DNA from: Victivallis vadensis
Lineage (GTDB): Bacteria; Verrucomicrobiota; Kiritimatiellia; UBA8416; CAMCYG01
Reading direction: 5' to 3'
DNA: 64,000 nucleotides
Assembly: GCA_945883775.1 (NCBI GenBank)
Contig: CAMCYG010000005.1
Span: forward strand, 379 to 64,378
The translations under genes were made by a program, and so were the position numbers. The notes beneath the pieces were generated by a model that saw only the letters and a program-made list of their open reading frames with translations, was not told where the DNA came from and made no database searches. This document shows positions 27,079-38,200 of this stretch, piece after piece (position 1 is the first letter of the stretch; every line of letters starts with the position of its first letter).

Positions 27079-27911
27079 CGTTGAAAAACGTTCGGATCAA
27101 CCGGGATGAGTTGCAGTTCCGGTTTCCATTTGGATGACTGGTTATAGAACTTCATGGGATTATCATACACAAGTGCCTGAATGTCTTTAAGGGGGAGCTT
27201 TTTTCTTTCCATATGCTTCACGACTTTAACAAGACTTAACGGGTCAGAGATTCCCCAGTCAGCAGATCCGTTCACGATCATCCTGTCGGTGCCGTATTCC
27301 TGGATGATGTTGGATGCGCGTTCTGGATCGAGTTTCGAAATCGGGTATACGGTCATTCCGCAATAGCAGCCGGTGTCTTTGGAGATCTTGATTGTCTCTT
27401 CGGTGTTATGGTCCAGCACGATGAGATCCGGGTTAATTCCTTCAGCTTTAACGATTTCGATTGTTCGTATCGTCCCTTTGAGTTTATTGACGTGCGGGAG
27501 GTGTACGATGACGGGCATCTTCCGTGAGTTGGCCATATGCAGCTGTTTGACGAAGGCTTTCTCTTCGTTGGGTGTGATGTTATTGAATCCAACCTCGCCG
27601 AGCGCGACACAGCGCGGATGGTCGAGATATTCACCAAGGCCGGCTATTACCTCATCTGCAAGCCGTGTGTCTTCTGTTTCCTTCGGATTCAGCGCTATCG
27701 CGCTGAAGTGATCTATCCCGAATCGTCTGGCTCTCACCGTTTCGAAATCTAGGATAAGGCGGAAGTAGTCAAAGAAAGTGCCGGCATACCTGCGATCCGC
27801 GCCCATCCAGAAGGAAGGTTCTACACACGCCCTGATTCCGGCCATGTACATGGCCTGATAATCATCGGTTGTACGCGAATACATATGAATGTGCGGTTCT
27901 ATGATAGTCAT
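27075..27911 (-). CDS. eboB: TatD-family hydrolase (EboB)
   Basis: IIEPHIHMYSRTTDDY, LNPKE, ALGEVG, VHLPH, LDHNTEET, VNGSADWGISDPL; 4-bp overlap with eboC. Confidence 0.92.
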   Translation of the reverse strand: MTIIEPHIHMYSRTTDDYQAMYMAGIRACVEPSFWMGADRRYAGTFFDYFRLILDFETVRARRFGIDHFSAIALNPKETEDTRLADEVIAGLGEYLDHPRCVALGEVGFNNITPNEEKAFVKQLHMANSRKMPVIVHLPHVNKLKGTIRTIEIVKAEGINPDLIVLDHNTEETIKISKDTGCYCGMTVYPISKLDPERASNIIQEYGTDRMIVNGSADWGISDPLSLVKVVKHMERKKLPLKDIQALVYDNPMKFYNQSSKWKPELQLIPVDPNVFQR

Positions 27912-27967
27912 ATTTATATAACGAGAATTAGGGTTCGAATATTAGCTGTTAAATTTAATCATTCCAA

Positions 27968-28000
27968 CAAAAAAGCCCGGGTTTTGCCCGGGCTTTTTTG
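27968..28000. terminator. Bidirectional intrinsic terminator between the CsgG-like gene and eboB
   Basis: CAAAAAAGCCCGGG-ttttg-CCCGGGCTTTTTTG. Confidence 0.9.
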
Positions 28001-28018
28001 TCAAAGAGTGTTTCAGCT

Positions 28019-28996
28019 CTATTTTTCAATCACTAATGTGCCTGGTTTCGGCTTCTTTGTGCCGGCTGTTACGGAGCAATAGGAAATTTTCTCCAAAACT
28101 TTTGCGACCTTAAGTTGGCCAAGTTCCTTGCCTTCCTCGTTGCCGAGTACTTCGCCAGTTCCAGGGTCGGTCAGCAATGTGCCTTCTTCCCTCATAACCA
28201 GTTCTTTGCCGACAGGTAGGCTGTGTGCTGATCCGCGGTTGATGATGATCTGGCCGTCGTCAGCTACCTTGACCACTGAGGCGTCGAACTTCTCTTTTTC
28301 CATCTCCAGGGCCAGCCATTTGGCATATTGGATGATGCAATCCTGAGCTGCCTCGCCCATGGGTGTCTTTTTGAATCCGCCCATGTCGGTGTTGATCCCA
28401 TTGTAGCTTAGGCCCACACTCATATTGGCCTTGCCGGCTACTCCGGTGAATTCCTTCTTCTTTACAACTTGTCCTGTTGTCGTATCGACGAGCTTAGCGA
28501 TTATCTTGACCCTGCATTTGGCTTTACCGCCGCCGAGTGAGATGCCGCCGAAGGATATTCCGCCGAATCCGCCTGATGTGTCCTCAGATGCTTCGATTAC
28601 GGCGCCTGTTGCCAGATATTTTGCGGGGCGCAGGAGGCCAGTTTTAGCGACATTCTTAGCGCCGGCTGTGCGGCCACTGGCATTTATATCCTGTTCGACG
28701 ATTACATCGGCGAGCTGTTCACGCTCAACCATTACGAATCTGCCTGTATCGTAGAGGGCTGCTTCCATCATTATGGAGAGATTATTTCCGAGGTCATAGC
28801 TGCCGGCCCAGCCTCCCTGATTTGCGAAATTCTTGCATCCAATAGCGTGCTTGATGCCCTTATACTCTGGCAGACCCATCTTTGAGTCGCCTTCGGAGAC
28901 TTCTGTCTTGCCGACAAGAGGATCCAATAATGCGCATCCGCTCATCATAAACATACTCACTGCTGTTACCGTAGCCAAGGTTAGCTGTCTTTTCAT
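28019..28996 (-). CDS. CsgG/HfaB-family lipoprotein with a C-terminal beta domain
   Basis: Lipobox MSG-C, L..TGRFVMVERE.L..VIVEQD, AKYLATGAV, AKLVDTTTGQV, C-terminal IINRG...DPGTGEVLG. Confidence 0.8.
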   Translation of the reverse strand: MKRQLTLATVTAVSMFMMSGCALLDPLVGKTEVSEGDSKMGLPEYKGIKHAIGCKNFANQGGWAGSYDLGNNLSIMMEAALYDTGRFVMVEREQLADVIVEQDINASGRTAGAKNVAKTGLLRPAKYLATGAVIEASEDTSGGFGGISFGGISLGGGKAKCRVKIIAKLVDTTTGQVVKKKEFTGVAGKANMSVGLSYNGINTDMGGFKKTPMGEAAQDCIIQYAKWLALEMEKEKFDASVVKVADDGQIIINRGSAHSLPVGKELVMREEGTLLTDPGTGEVLGNEEGKELGQLKVAKVLEKISYCSVTAGTKKPKPGTLVIEK

Positions 28997-29081
28997 ATCG
29001 CTCTCCTGTTATGGTTTAGTTACTTGTGCAACGTATGGAATATTATGCGTGCTGATTTGGAAAGTAAAGGAATTATGTGTC

Positions 29082-30521
29082 CTAGCTTGCGCATTCGGCG
29101 GGTGGTGAGCTGGTCTTGCCTGTTTTGCTCAAATCCGAGGAGGACCCCTGTGTGAGAACGTAAAAGCCGTTTTTGATGTCGGAGGCCAGCTGTTGAGGAT
29201 TCAGAATGCTGTGTATGGCGCGTTTCATGATGTAGGCTGGACGGATAAAGAAACTGCGGGTAGCCATTTTTCGGTAATCAACGAGGTCTTCGTAGGTGAG
29301 TCCATTGGGGATAAGGTAAGGCCATACGCCGGCATAGCCATCGCCCAATTTTCCGTCGATATAATCATCTACGATATTGGCTGAGAATTTTTCGTTCTTT
29401 AAGCACCAGTCGAAATAGCGTGTGCTGGGCAAGGGGAATGTGATGTGAAATCCCACCATCTCGATGTTCGTGAATCCCATTTTTACGAGTTTGATAGGAA
29501 AGTTGACGGAGTCCATAGCCTCCTTATGTGATTCTTCCGGATGACCGAGCATGAACAGCAGCTGAACTGGGAGATTGTATTTCTTTGTGCACTGCATACC
29601 CCGGAAGATCTGATCGTCGCTGAGGTTTTTCTGGATGACTTCCTGCCGAATACGTTCGTTCCCGCTCTCAATGCCCACCAGAAGCGTTCGGCAACCTGCC
29701 TGTTTTAACAGAGACGCAATCTCATCAGTAAGGCAGTCTAGTCGTGTTGTAATCTCGAATTTGATCTTCAGTTTCCTCTTGATGACTTCCCTGCAGAAAT
29801 TTGTGATATGAGTCTTGCTGATGGTTGCGGTGTCGTCCTGGAAATAGAATGAATCAGTTATGTGCAACCGGCTTTCTATCTCTGCAAGGAGGCTGTCGGC
29901 GGAGCGGGATCGAACATTCTTGCTTAGCGCCGGTCTGGCGCAATAGCCGCATTGGTAGGGGCATCCTCGTGTGCCTACGATAGGGACAAGGCTGTTCTTT
30001 TTGAAGACGGCCATGTTTTCTACCATATCCAGCATGGGAATCGGTAATTCATCGAGATTTTTAGGAGGGGCTGCGGTGAATATGCCCAGGCGTTTTTCGC
30101 CGGCCAGGATCCGCGAAACATGTTCCACGATAAAATGGTCCGCTTCCCCTTGAACCCCGCTGTCGAAATAGGGATACCTGCGGATGATGTCATTATCGAC
30201 GCTGATGTGTGCGTTGCCCAGCATAACATGCACACGATCGCCGAACCTGTTCTTGACGGCCTTTGCCAGTCGAACGGCGGAAGGTATTGTCGCCAGGAGG
30301 GCAGAGATCCCTAGAATGCGGATTTTGTCGGACTCGATGATGTTGATAATATCTTCGATGGAATAGTCACCCATCGAGTTGTTCAGTATGCGGGATGAGA
30401 ACTTGTGCTTACGCAACATAGATCCGACGTAGACAAGTCCGATAGGGAAATCGCTTTTGCCAGAGTTGGCAATCTTGTTTGTATAGCTTACAGGCGGCTG
30501 TATCAGTAAAATATCCGTCAT
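29082..30521 (-). CDS. B12-binding domain radical SAM protein
   Basis: N-terminal LLIQPP/PIGLVYVGS cobalamin-binding-like domain, RGCPYQCGYC, FQDDT, GIESGNE. Confidence 0.9.
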   Translation of the reverse strand: MTDILLIQPPVSYTNKIANSGKSDFPIGLVYVGSMLRKHKFSSRILNNSMGDYSIEDIINIIESDKIRILGISALLATIPSAVRLAKAVKNRFGDRVHVMLGNAHISVDNDIIRRYPYFDSGVQGEADHFIVEHVSRILAGEKRLGIFTAAPPKNLDELPIPMLDMVENMAVFKKNSLVPIVGTRGCPYQCGYCARPALSKNVRSRSADSLLAEIESRLHITDSFYFQDDTATISKTHITNFCREVIKRKLKIKFEITTRLDCLTDEIASLLKQAGCRTLLVGIESGNERIRQEVIQKNLSDDQIFRGMQCTKKYNLPVQLLFMLGHPEESHKEAMDSVNFPIKLVKMGFTNIEMVGFHITFPLPSTRYFDWCLKNEKFSANIVDDYIDGKLGDGYAGVWPYLIPNGLTYEDLVDYRKMATRSFFIRPAYIMKRAIHSILNPQQLASDIKNGFYVLTQGSSSDLSKTGKTSSPPAECAS

Positions 30522-30708
30522 GGGTCCTCAATCTCCTCTGCTTGATGCCGCAGATAACTTATCCGTATCATCGTGCAGTGTCAATCCTGCCTTCATGGTG
30601 GATTGTAAAATCAATTTCTAATGACAAGGTTCGATCGGGTGTAGTATCCTGCGATTTAATAGCAGATAGGCGTTGTTTTGGTTTTTTTGTGACGTTCGAA
30701 TATTTCAA

Positions 30709-32085
30709 ATGAAAATATCATCAGAAGCTGATGTTCAGAATAAGCAGCCTTGCAAGTCTGCCGGTGTAGGCCTTGCCGGCATTGCAGGATTGATCAGCTG
30801 GTTCGACAAGGATCATCTGATCAGGCACAGCTCTCTGCTAATGCTATCGTCATTGATAGCCAGCGTTCTTAATCTAGTGTTCCAAATGGTGATGGGTCGA
30901 TGTTTGGCAGCTGAAGAATTCGGTGCAGTCGGCGCTCTATTCGGGTTGCTGTTAATGGTGTGCATACCGGCTGGCGCAATACAGATGTGCATGGCCAATT
31001 ATGCGGCCACGGCTCGCGCCTCGGGGGGCAATATATATATGGAGCCAATTGTAAAATTCATGCTCCTTGTCATAACTCCCATAGCCATCATTACCGTGGC
31101 TCTTGTTCTTGCTTTCGTGCATGAGATTTCTTCCAGTCTTCGTTTTTCTTCGAATGTTCCCGTTCTACTTGTTCTTGTTTTTTTGGTGTCAACTTTGTGT
31201 ACGCAGGTTTCGTACGGTGTCGCTCATGGTCTGCAGTATTTCGGGACTGTGTCGCTGGCCGGCGTTATGTCAAGCCTCGCAAGGGTGGTGGTTGCTTATA
31301 TTTTGATTGTTATCGGGTTCAGAATCACTGGCCCATTGATTGCATCAATAATTATGATGCTGATTTTCTTCTTGATAACGTGGGGCAGGGTTAGGCGCGA
31401 TGTAGCATTTGGTCTGTCTGCGGATAATGGAATGAAAAGTTTTAAAGAGATCTTGAGCTATTTCTGGCCGGCCTTGATTGCATTCGGAGTGATTACAGTT
31501 TATATGTATTTCGATACAGTCTTGGCGCGGTATGTTTTTGATCCGTACAAAGCAGGGCTTTATATACAGGCTGGGTCCATTGCCAGGATTGTTGCTTTTA
31601 TTGCGGGAACAATACTGACCGCCATGTTTCCGAAGGTGGTAAATGCGATTAGCAAAAAGAAGGATTGTCGGCTCCTTTTTGTGAGATCTATGGCGTTATC
31701 GCTTGTTATTGTTGCGTCGATATCACTGTTCTGCTGTGTATTTCCTTCTTTTCTTGCTAAAATCATCTTCAAGACGAGTTCAGCCGAGTTGGATCAGCTT
31801 ATCAGATATTCTGTGGTCGCATTTCTCCCGGTGCCGCTGTTTAATCTGCTGCTTTTCTTTCTGATGGCAAGGCGGGTTTTTAGGTTTCTAATCTTTGAGC
31901 TCGTGATATGTTCGATTTACATACTTGTCTTGCTGATTAATCAGCCCACAGTCAACCAGATGTTGTTGGCCATAGGAGCTTTCTCGTTGGTCGCATTTCT
32001 GGTTGCGCTATATTACTCATTTAGCAGCCTTTCAGGCGGGCCGGGCTCTGACCTTGATTTTGAGCCAAAGACAATGCAAAATTAA
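30709..32085 (+). CDS. Polysaccharide/oligosaccharide flippase (Wzx/MATE-like)
   Basis: About 12 transmembrane segments, EEFGAVGAL, GLQYFG, DTVLARY, AGLYIQAG, FPKV. Confidence 0.8.
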   Translation: MKISSEADVQNKQPCKSAGVGLAGIAGLISWFDKDHLIRHSSLLMLSSLIASVLNLVFQMVMGRCLAAEEFGAVGALFGLLLMVCIPAGAIQMCMANYAATARASGGNIYMEPIVKFMLLVITPIAIITVALVLAFVHEISSSLRFSSNVPVLLVLVFLVSTLCTQVSYGVAHGLQYFGTVSLAGVMSSLARVVVAYILIVIGFRITGPLIASIIMMLIFFLITWGRVRRDVAFGLSADNGMKSFKEILSYFWPALIAFGVITVYMYFDTVLARYVFDPYKAGLYIQAGSIARIVAFIAGTILTAMFPKVVNAISKKKDCRLLFVRSMALSLVIVASISLFCCVFPSFLAKIIFKTSSAELDQLIRYSVVAFLPVPLFNLLLFFLMARRVFRFLIFELVICSIYILVLLINQPTVNQMLLAIGAFSLVAFLVALYYSFSSLSGGPGSDLDFEPKTMQN

Positions 32086-32169
32086 TGTTGCGCGACAGTA
32101 AGAACGGTTGACGGTGCAAAGATGTATGGCCTGTGATATATGTACAAGGCGCGCGGTACAATGTTGCGA

Positions 32170-32198
32170 TTGACTTCCGAGCTTTTTTGCAGTATTTA
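32170..32198 (+). promoter_or_regulatory. Possible sigma70 promoter for the giant LamG gene
   Basis: TTGACT-17-TATTTA, 48 nt upstream of ATG 32247. Confidence 0.4.
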
Positions 32199-32246
32199 GA
32201 GTCAATACTTGCTCAAGGTTGTGGTCTTTATTCAGAAAGTGTTTAT

Positions 32247-35200
32247 ATGATAAAATTGATTTATTTCCTTTTAGCTGTATCATGTGCTATCACTCCGGTT
32301 TTTGCGTTGGATGCTAATTTAGTGGCTTCCTTTCCTTTTAACGGCGATGCCATTGATGCCAGTGGCAACGGGCATAATGGTACCGTGAGCGGCGCTTCAC
32401 TGACGGTAGACCGGTTTGGCAATCCGAACAGCGCCTACTATTTTGACGGAACTAATGATGTTATAACGGTTCCAAATCACACGCAACTTGACCTTACTGG
32501 TCCATTAACCGTGTCTGCATGGATGAAGAGCTCGCCGATATCATCTGGGTTTAGGTCTATTGTTCAAAAGGGAAGTGGTGGCTCCAGAAATTATGAGCTT
32601 CAGGTTGTTTATCCAGGCGTGCCTCCGTATCCAAATCAAGTTTGCTGGCTGTACATGACAGGCGGGATGAGCAAATGGTGGCTAATTGGACAGCATGAAT
32701 ATGCTGATAATACGTGGCATCATCTTGTTGGCACTTGGGATGGTACAAACGCATATTTCTACATAGATGGAGTGTGTGAAAGTACGGGTAGCTGGGCGAC
32801 AGCTCTTGTGCCCAATAGTGATGCCCTTTATCTGGGCTATTGCCCCGGTTATTCTTATTCTTATTTTCAAGGGGCTATTGATGAAGTCAATATATATAAT
32901 AGGTCTTTGGGTGCTAGTGAGGTATATTCGGTATATGCCGCGACTAATGAAGTAGCTGTCGTAATCAATAACGGAGGTGGTGCAGGTGGTGTAACCAGCA
33001 GTAATGCGGTATTGAGTGGTTCATTGACATGTCTTGGAACGTCAAATCTAAGCGCCGATGTGGTTGTATATTGGGGGACTGCTGATGGCGGTACAAATGC
33101 TGGATCATGGTCTCATAGCATTAATATGGGAATTCTTGCGTCTGGAGCATTTTCTACAAATATTTCGGGTCTAGATCAAGACACGACATATTATTATCGT
33201 TGTTATGCTGGTAATGCCCATGCAGCTGCATGGGCTTCATCAACTTTAAGTTTTAGCACAATAGCATCCGGCATCGATCCATTCCTTGTGGCGTATTATC
33301 CTTTTTACGGCGATGCCGTTGATGCCAGTGGCAACGGGCATAATGGCACCGTGAGCGGCGCTTCACTGACGGTAGACCGGTTTGGCAATCCGAACAGTGC
33401 CTACTATTTTGACGGAACTAATGACGCTATAACCGTGCCCGACCACAGTCAGCTTGATATTACCGGCCCAATTACGGTCGAAGCATGGATTAAGACCTCC
33501 GCGCCTGATGATTGGGTTGCAGTTGTAAATAAGGGATATTATGGCGAAAGAAACTTTGATCTGGATGTTGGAGGTGTATACGAGCCGTGTTGGCAGTATG
33601 TGACAGGCGATCTTTCCAAATGGCATATAGTGGCAACTAACAGCACTGTTGATCAGGTCTGGCACAATCTTGTTGGTACGTGGGATGGAACCAACGCCTG
33701 CTTCTACATTGATGGTGTATGTCGTGGTGTTGCAGGCTGGGGTGTCCCATTAGTTCCCAATGACCATCCGGTCAGTATTGGTTATATGCCGCCCTATTCG
33801 TGTTCATGGTTTTGCGGGTCCATAGACGATGTCAAGATTTACAACAGGGCTTTAGGTTCGAATGAGGTATATGCTGCATATGGCAGTGCGGCTCCGATCC
33901 AGGTGTTGGTTAATAATTCTGTCGGTGCGACAGCGGTTAGCAGCAGCAACGCGACGCTAAATGGTGGGCTTGTTTGCCGTGGGTTATCTAATACGATTGC
34001 TGAAGTGGTCTTTTATTGGGGTTCAGTTGATTGCGGAACTAATGCTACAATGTGGGAGAATGGCATTGTGATGGGCGGGCTATCAAGCGGTTCTTTCTCG
34101 ACCAACATAATAGGATTGTCAACAAACGCAACATATTACTATAGGGCATATGCTTCGAACAGTATTTCACAGGTATGGGCGCTTTCGTCTGTAAGTTTCA
34201 GAACCGCTTCGGATGTCTTAGATGGTGCAATTGTTGCGTATTATCCATTTAGCGGTAATGCCGTGGATGGTAGCGGCAATGGTCATAACGGTACGGTGAA
34301 CGGTGCTACATTGACGGCAGACCGATTTGGTAATCCCGCCAGTGCTTATTATTTTGACGGAACCAACGACTCAATAACTGTTCCTGATCACGCGCAGCTG
34401 GACTTAACGGGTCCTTTCACAGTAGAAGCATGGGCAAAGAATTTGACAACGCTATCAAACTTCAAGACCATAATCTGCAAGGGGCTTTCAGGGGAGCGGA
34501 ACTATGAGCTTCAGCAGGGGTCCCCGGGGTATTACATTTGGCTTTATCAAACGGGAGGCCTTTCCAAGTGGTGGCTTTTGAGTGCTATTGATGCGGCTAA
34601 TGCGCAGTGGAGACATCTGATTGGTGTTTGGGATGGCACTAATGCAGTATTCTATGTCGATGGATTGCAGACAACGCAATCGGTGTGGACAACTCCGCCG
34701 GTGCCGAATAACTTTGTGATGCAGATCGGGTGTTCGCCGGGTTATTCATACTCGTATTTTCAAGGGACGATTGATGATATTAAGATCTACAATAGAGCGT
34801 TATCTTCGAATGAGGTATATTCTTCTTATGTGACAAATGCGCCAGTTGCTGTATACATTAGCAACGGTTTGGGCGCGAGCGGCATCACAAGCAGCAACGC
34901 AGTAGTCGATCTTAACTTGACCTGTAGCGGTGTCTCTAATTCTAGTGCAAATATCACCTTGTATTGGGGTTTGGCTGATGGCGGCACCAATTCTGCGTCA
35001 TGGTCAAATAGCATCAACATGGGTCTTAGAACAGCCGGCTTGTACTCGACTAATATTACAGGTCTGACATCAAATAAAACCTATTATTACCGGGGGTATG
35101 CCACGAATAACGGTGTTATGGCTTGGTCTCCTGTCTCTTCCAGTTTTACCACCCCATCTGCAGGAGTGGATGCTTCTTTGGTGGCTTTTTATCCGTTCAA

Positions 35201-38200
35201 CGGAAATGCAAATGATGAAAGCGGTAAGGGGCACAATGGCGTAGTGGATGGTTCGACGCTGGCGTCTGACCGTTTTGGGGTGGCAGGTAAGGCGTATTAT
35301 TTTGACGGCACTAATGATGTTATTACTGTAGCTGATCATTCTGATTTGGATATAACTGGTGCGATTACTGTGGAGGCATGGGTCATTAGCACGCCAATAG
35401 CTACAGGTTTTAGATCGATTGTCACTAAAGGCTATTACTCGGAACGCAACTATGAGCTTCAAGTGATAGGTCCAAATAAGGCCTGTTGGCTATACCAGAC
35501 TGGCGGAATTAGCAGGTGGTGGGAGTTGGGGCAAAATGATGATGCTGACAATAAATGGCATTACCTTGTCGGTGTCTGGGACCGAACCAACGCTTTCTTT
35601 TATGTGGATGGCGTTAGGGTGAATGCATCCACTTGGATTACTCCATTGGTGCCTAACAATTATCCGATGTATATCGGATTCTCGCCTGGATATTCGTATT
35701 CCCGTTTTCAGGGTAAAATCGACGATATCAAGGTCTACAATAGGGCTAAAGGTTCCAATGAGGTATATGCTGCCTATGTAGCATCTGCGCCATTGCTTCT
35801 TTCTGTAAATAACGGGACTGGGGCGTCCAGCGTTTCAAGCGGGAGTGCAACGCTGAACGGATATCTGACTTGCAGCGGGCCTTCAAATGTTAGTGCGGAT
35901 GTAACTGTTTATTGGGGAACGACTGATGGCTTTGCAAATCCTTCGGCGTGGCCAAATAGTGTAGTCGTTGGTTCCAGGAGCTGCGGTTCCATAGCTTTCG
36001 GCATCACAGGTTTGGTAGCCAATACAACATACTATTATCGATGCTATGCGAGTAACGGCATAGCTGCGGTATGGTCAAGCGCCAGTTCAAGCTTTACAAC
36101 GCCGGCGACAATTGTAGATCCGTCGTTGATTGCATATTATCCGTTTGCAGGTAATGCTAACGATGTAAGTGGAAATGGGCACAACGGAACGGTGAACGGC
36201 GCTACGTTGACGACGGATCGTTTCGGCAATTCGAACAGTTCCTATTATTTTGACGGCACAAACGATTTGATAACAGTGCCTGATCATGCACAGTTAGATG
36301 TTACTGGCCCAATCACAGTCGAGGCTTGGACAAAGGCCTCTGTTAAGAGTGCACCGTACAATCAGAATTTCTTCTCAGTATTAACTAAAGGCAACTATGG
36401 CGAGAGGAATTATGAGCTTCAGGTTGTTGGTTCCAACTATTATTGCTGGCTTTACATGACTGGTGGGTTAACCAAGTGGTGGGAGCTTAGTGTTGATAAG
36501 GATGTTGATGGGCAGTGGCATCACCTTGTGGGAGTCTGGGATGGTACAAATGCTTGCTTTTATGTTGATGGTAACATAGACAGCGTATCCCCATGGTCCA
36601 GTCCACTCGTTGCTAATAATTATAATGTCACTATTGGTTATTGCCCTGGCTATTCATACACATACTTCAGGGGTGCTATTGATGAGATTAAAATTCGCAA
36701 CAGAGCGCTGGGCGCTGCAGAGGTTTCATCAATCTATACAGAAGATTACGCAAGATGCATTAACTCCTCCTATGGTGCTGGCGGTACAATTGTTCCCAGT
36801 GGAAATGTCTATTTGAAGAAAGGTGAAGGGACTAACTTTGTCGTTCAGGCTGGCGGTGGTTATCACATTGCTGAGATAATAGTAAATGGAGCTTCGCTGG
36901 GTTCATTTGGGCCAGGATCCAATGCGTTTGAGTATGTATTCTCAAATGTCACGAGCAATCAGTCCGTGTCTGCCAAGTTTAACAGTGCTCCAGTTCCTGT
37001 TGTGTCGGTTAGCGTAACTAATGGACCTGCGCCACTTCGCGTAAACTATGATCTGAGCGGTTCGACGGATGCGGAGAACAATATTGTTAGAAGCGAGATT
37101 GACTTGAGCGGTGACGGTGTCGTTGACGCAACGGACGTTTCGGGGTATGTAATGGTCGAATACACTACTCTTGGTGTCTATACGACAAAGGTAGGTGTCG
37201 TCGATGCTTACGGCGCGAGAACATCATCAAATGTAATCATCAGCGTGTGGGGAGCGGCGCCCTCTGCTAATCTGGACTTGTCTTCTCTTGCTGGCTCTGC
37301 GCCGATGGATGTTACTTTCTATGCGACGAATTCATGGGCGGCAACGGGCCATAAAATAGTGGTATATGAATGGGACTATGATGGTGACGGTTTTTATGAC
37401 CGTATTTCTGCTACTAATGTGGTCCACTGGACTTATGCTGATGCGGGTACGAATAATCCGACAGTCAGAATAACTGATGATCAAGGTCTTCAGGATATCG
37501 ATAGTAAAGCTATAATTGTTGAGCCGGCTCCTAATGCGCCTTATGTGCGTTTGGTGTCAAGTTGTTATGAGGGCAGACAACCTTTGACCGTTACTCTTAC
37601 TGCTGATGTTTACAGCACACGTCCTATAGTGAGTTATTTGTGGGATTTAGACGGAGACGGAGACTTTGATGTTTCGTCAGTCGGTAATACTATTGTTCGC
37701 ACCTATAGCATGGTCGGTGCCTATAAGGTCACCGTTAAAGTCGCTGATGATGTTGGTCTTTCTACTGTGGATACCAAAACCATATCTGTGATTGCGCCTT
37801 CATATCTCAAGGTATGGATCAGTACTCCCAAGGATGGGTGGCATGTGTGCGGGGATAGGGTTACTGTTCACGCCCATGCGGCTCCGGCTAGCGAAGTGGG
37901 CAGTATCCAGATGCAATTCAAGTATCAAGGCGATAGCGTTTGGACAAATATGGGATCGGCCATGGTGCCGTCACCCAGCTCCTTCAAGGCAAACTGGAAT
38001 GTGAACGGGTTGCTGGAAGGTGGCAATTATCAGTTGAGGGTGTTGGCTCAGGATGTGGCGTTGAATCTCGTAACGTCCGATGTTGTTACTGTTGTCGTAG
38101 ACTCGGGCACGGATAAACAGGTTGGGAAAATCAAGGAGTCCGAGGAGGATGGCGTTCACAAGAAACAGCAGACTTTTGACAAGGATGAGAAGTCTGAATG

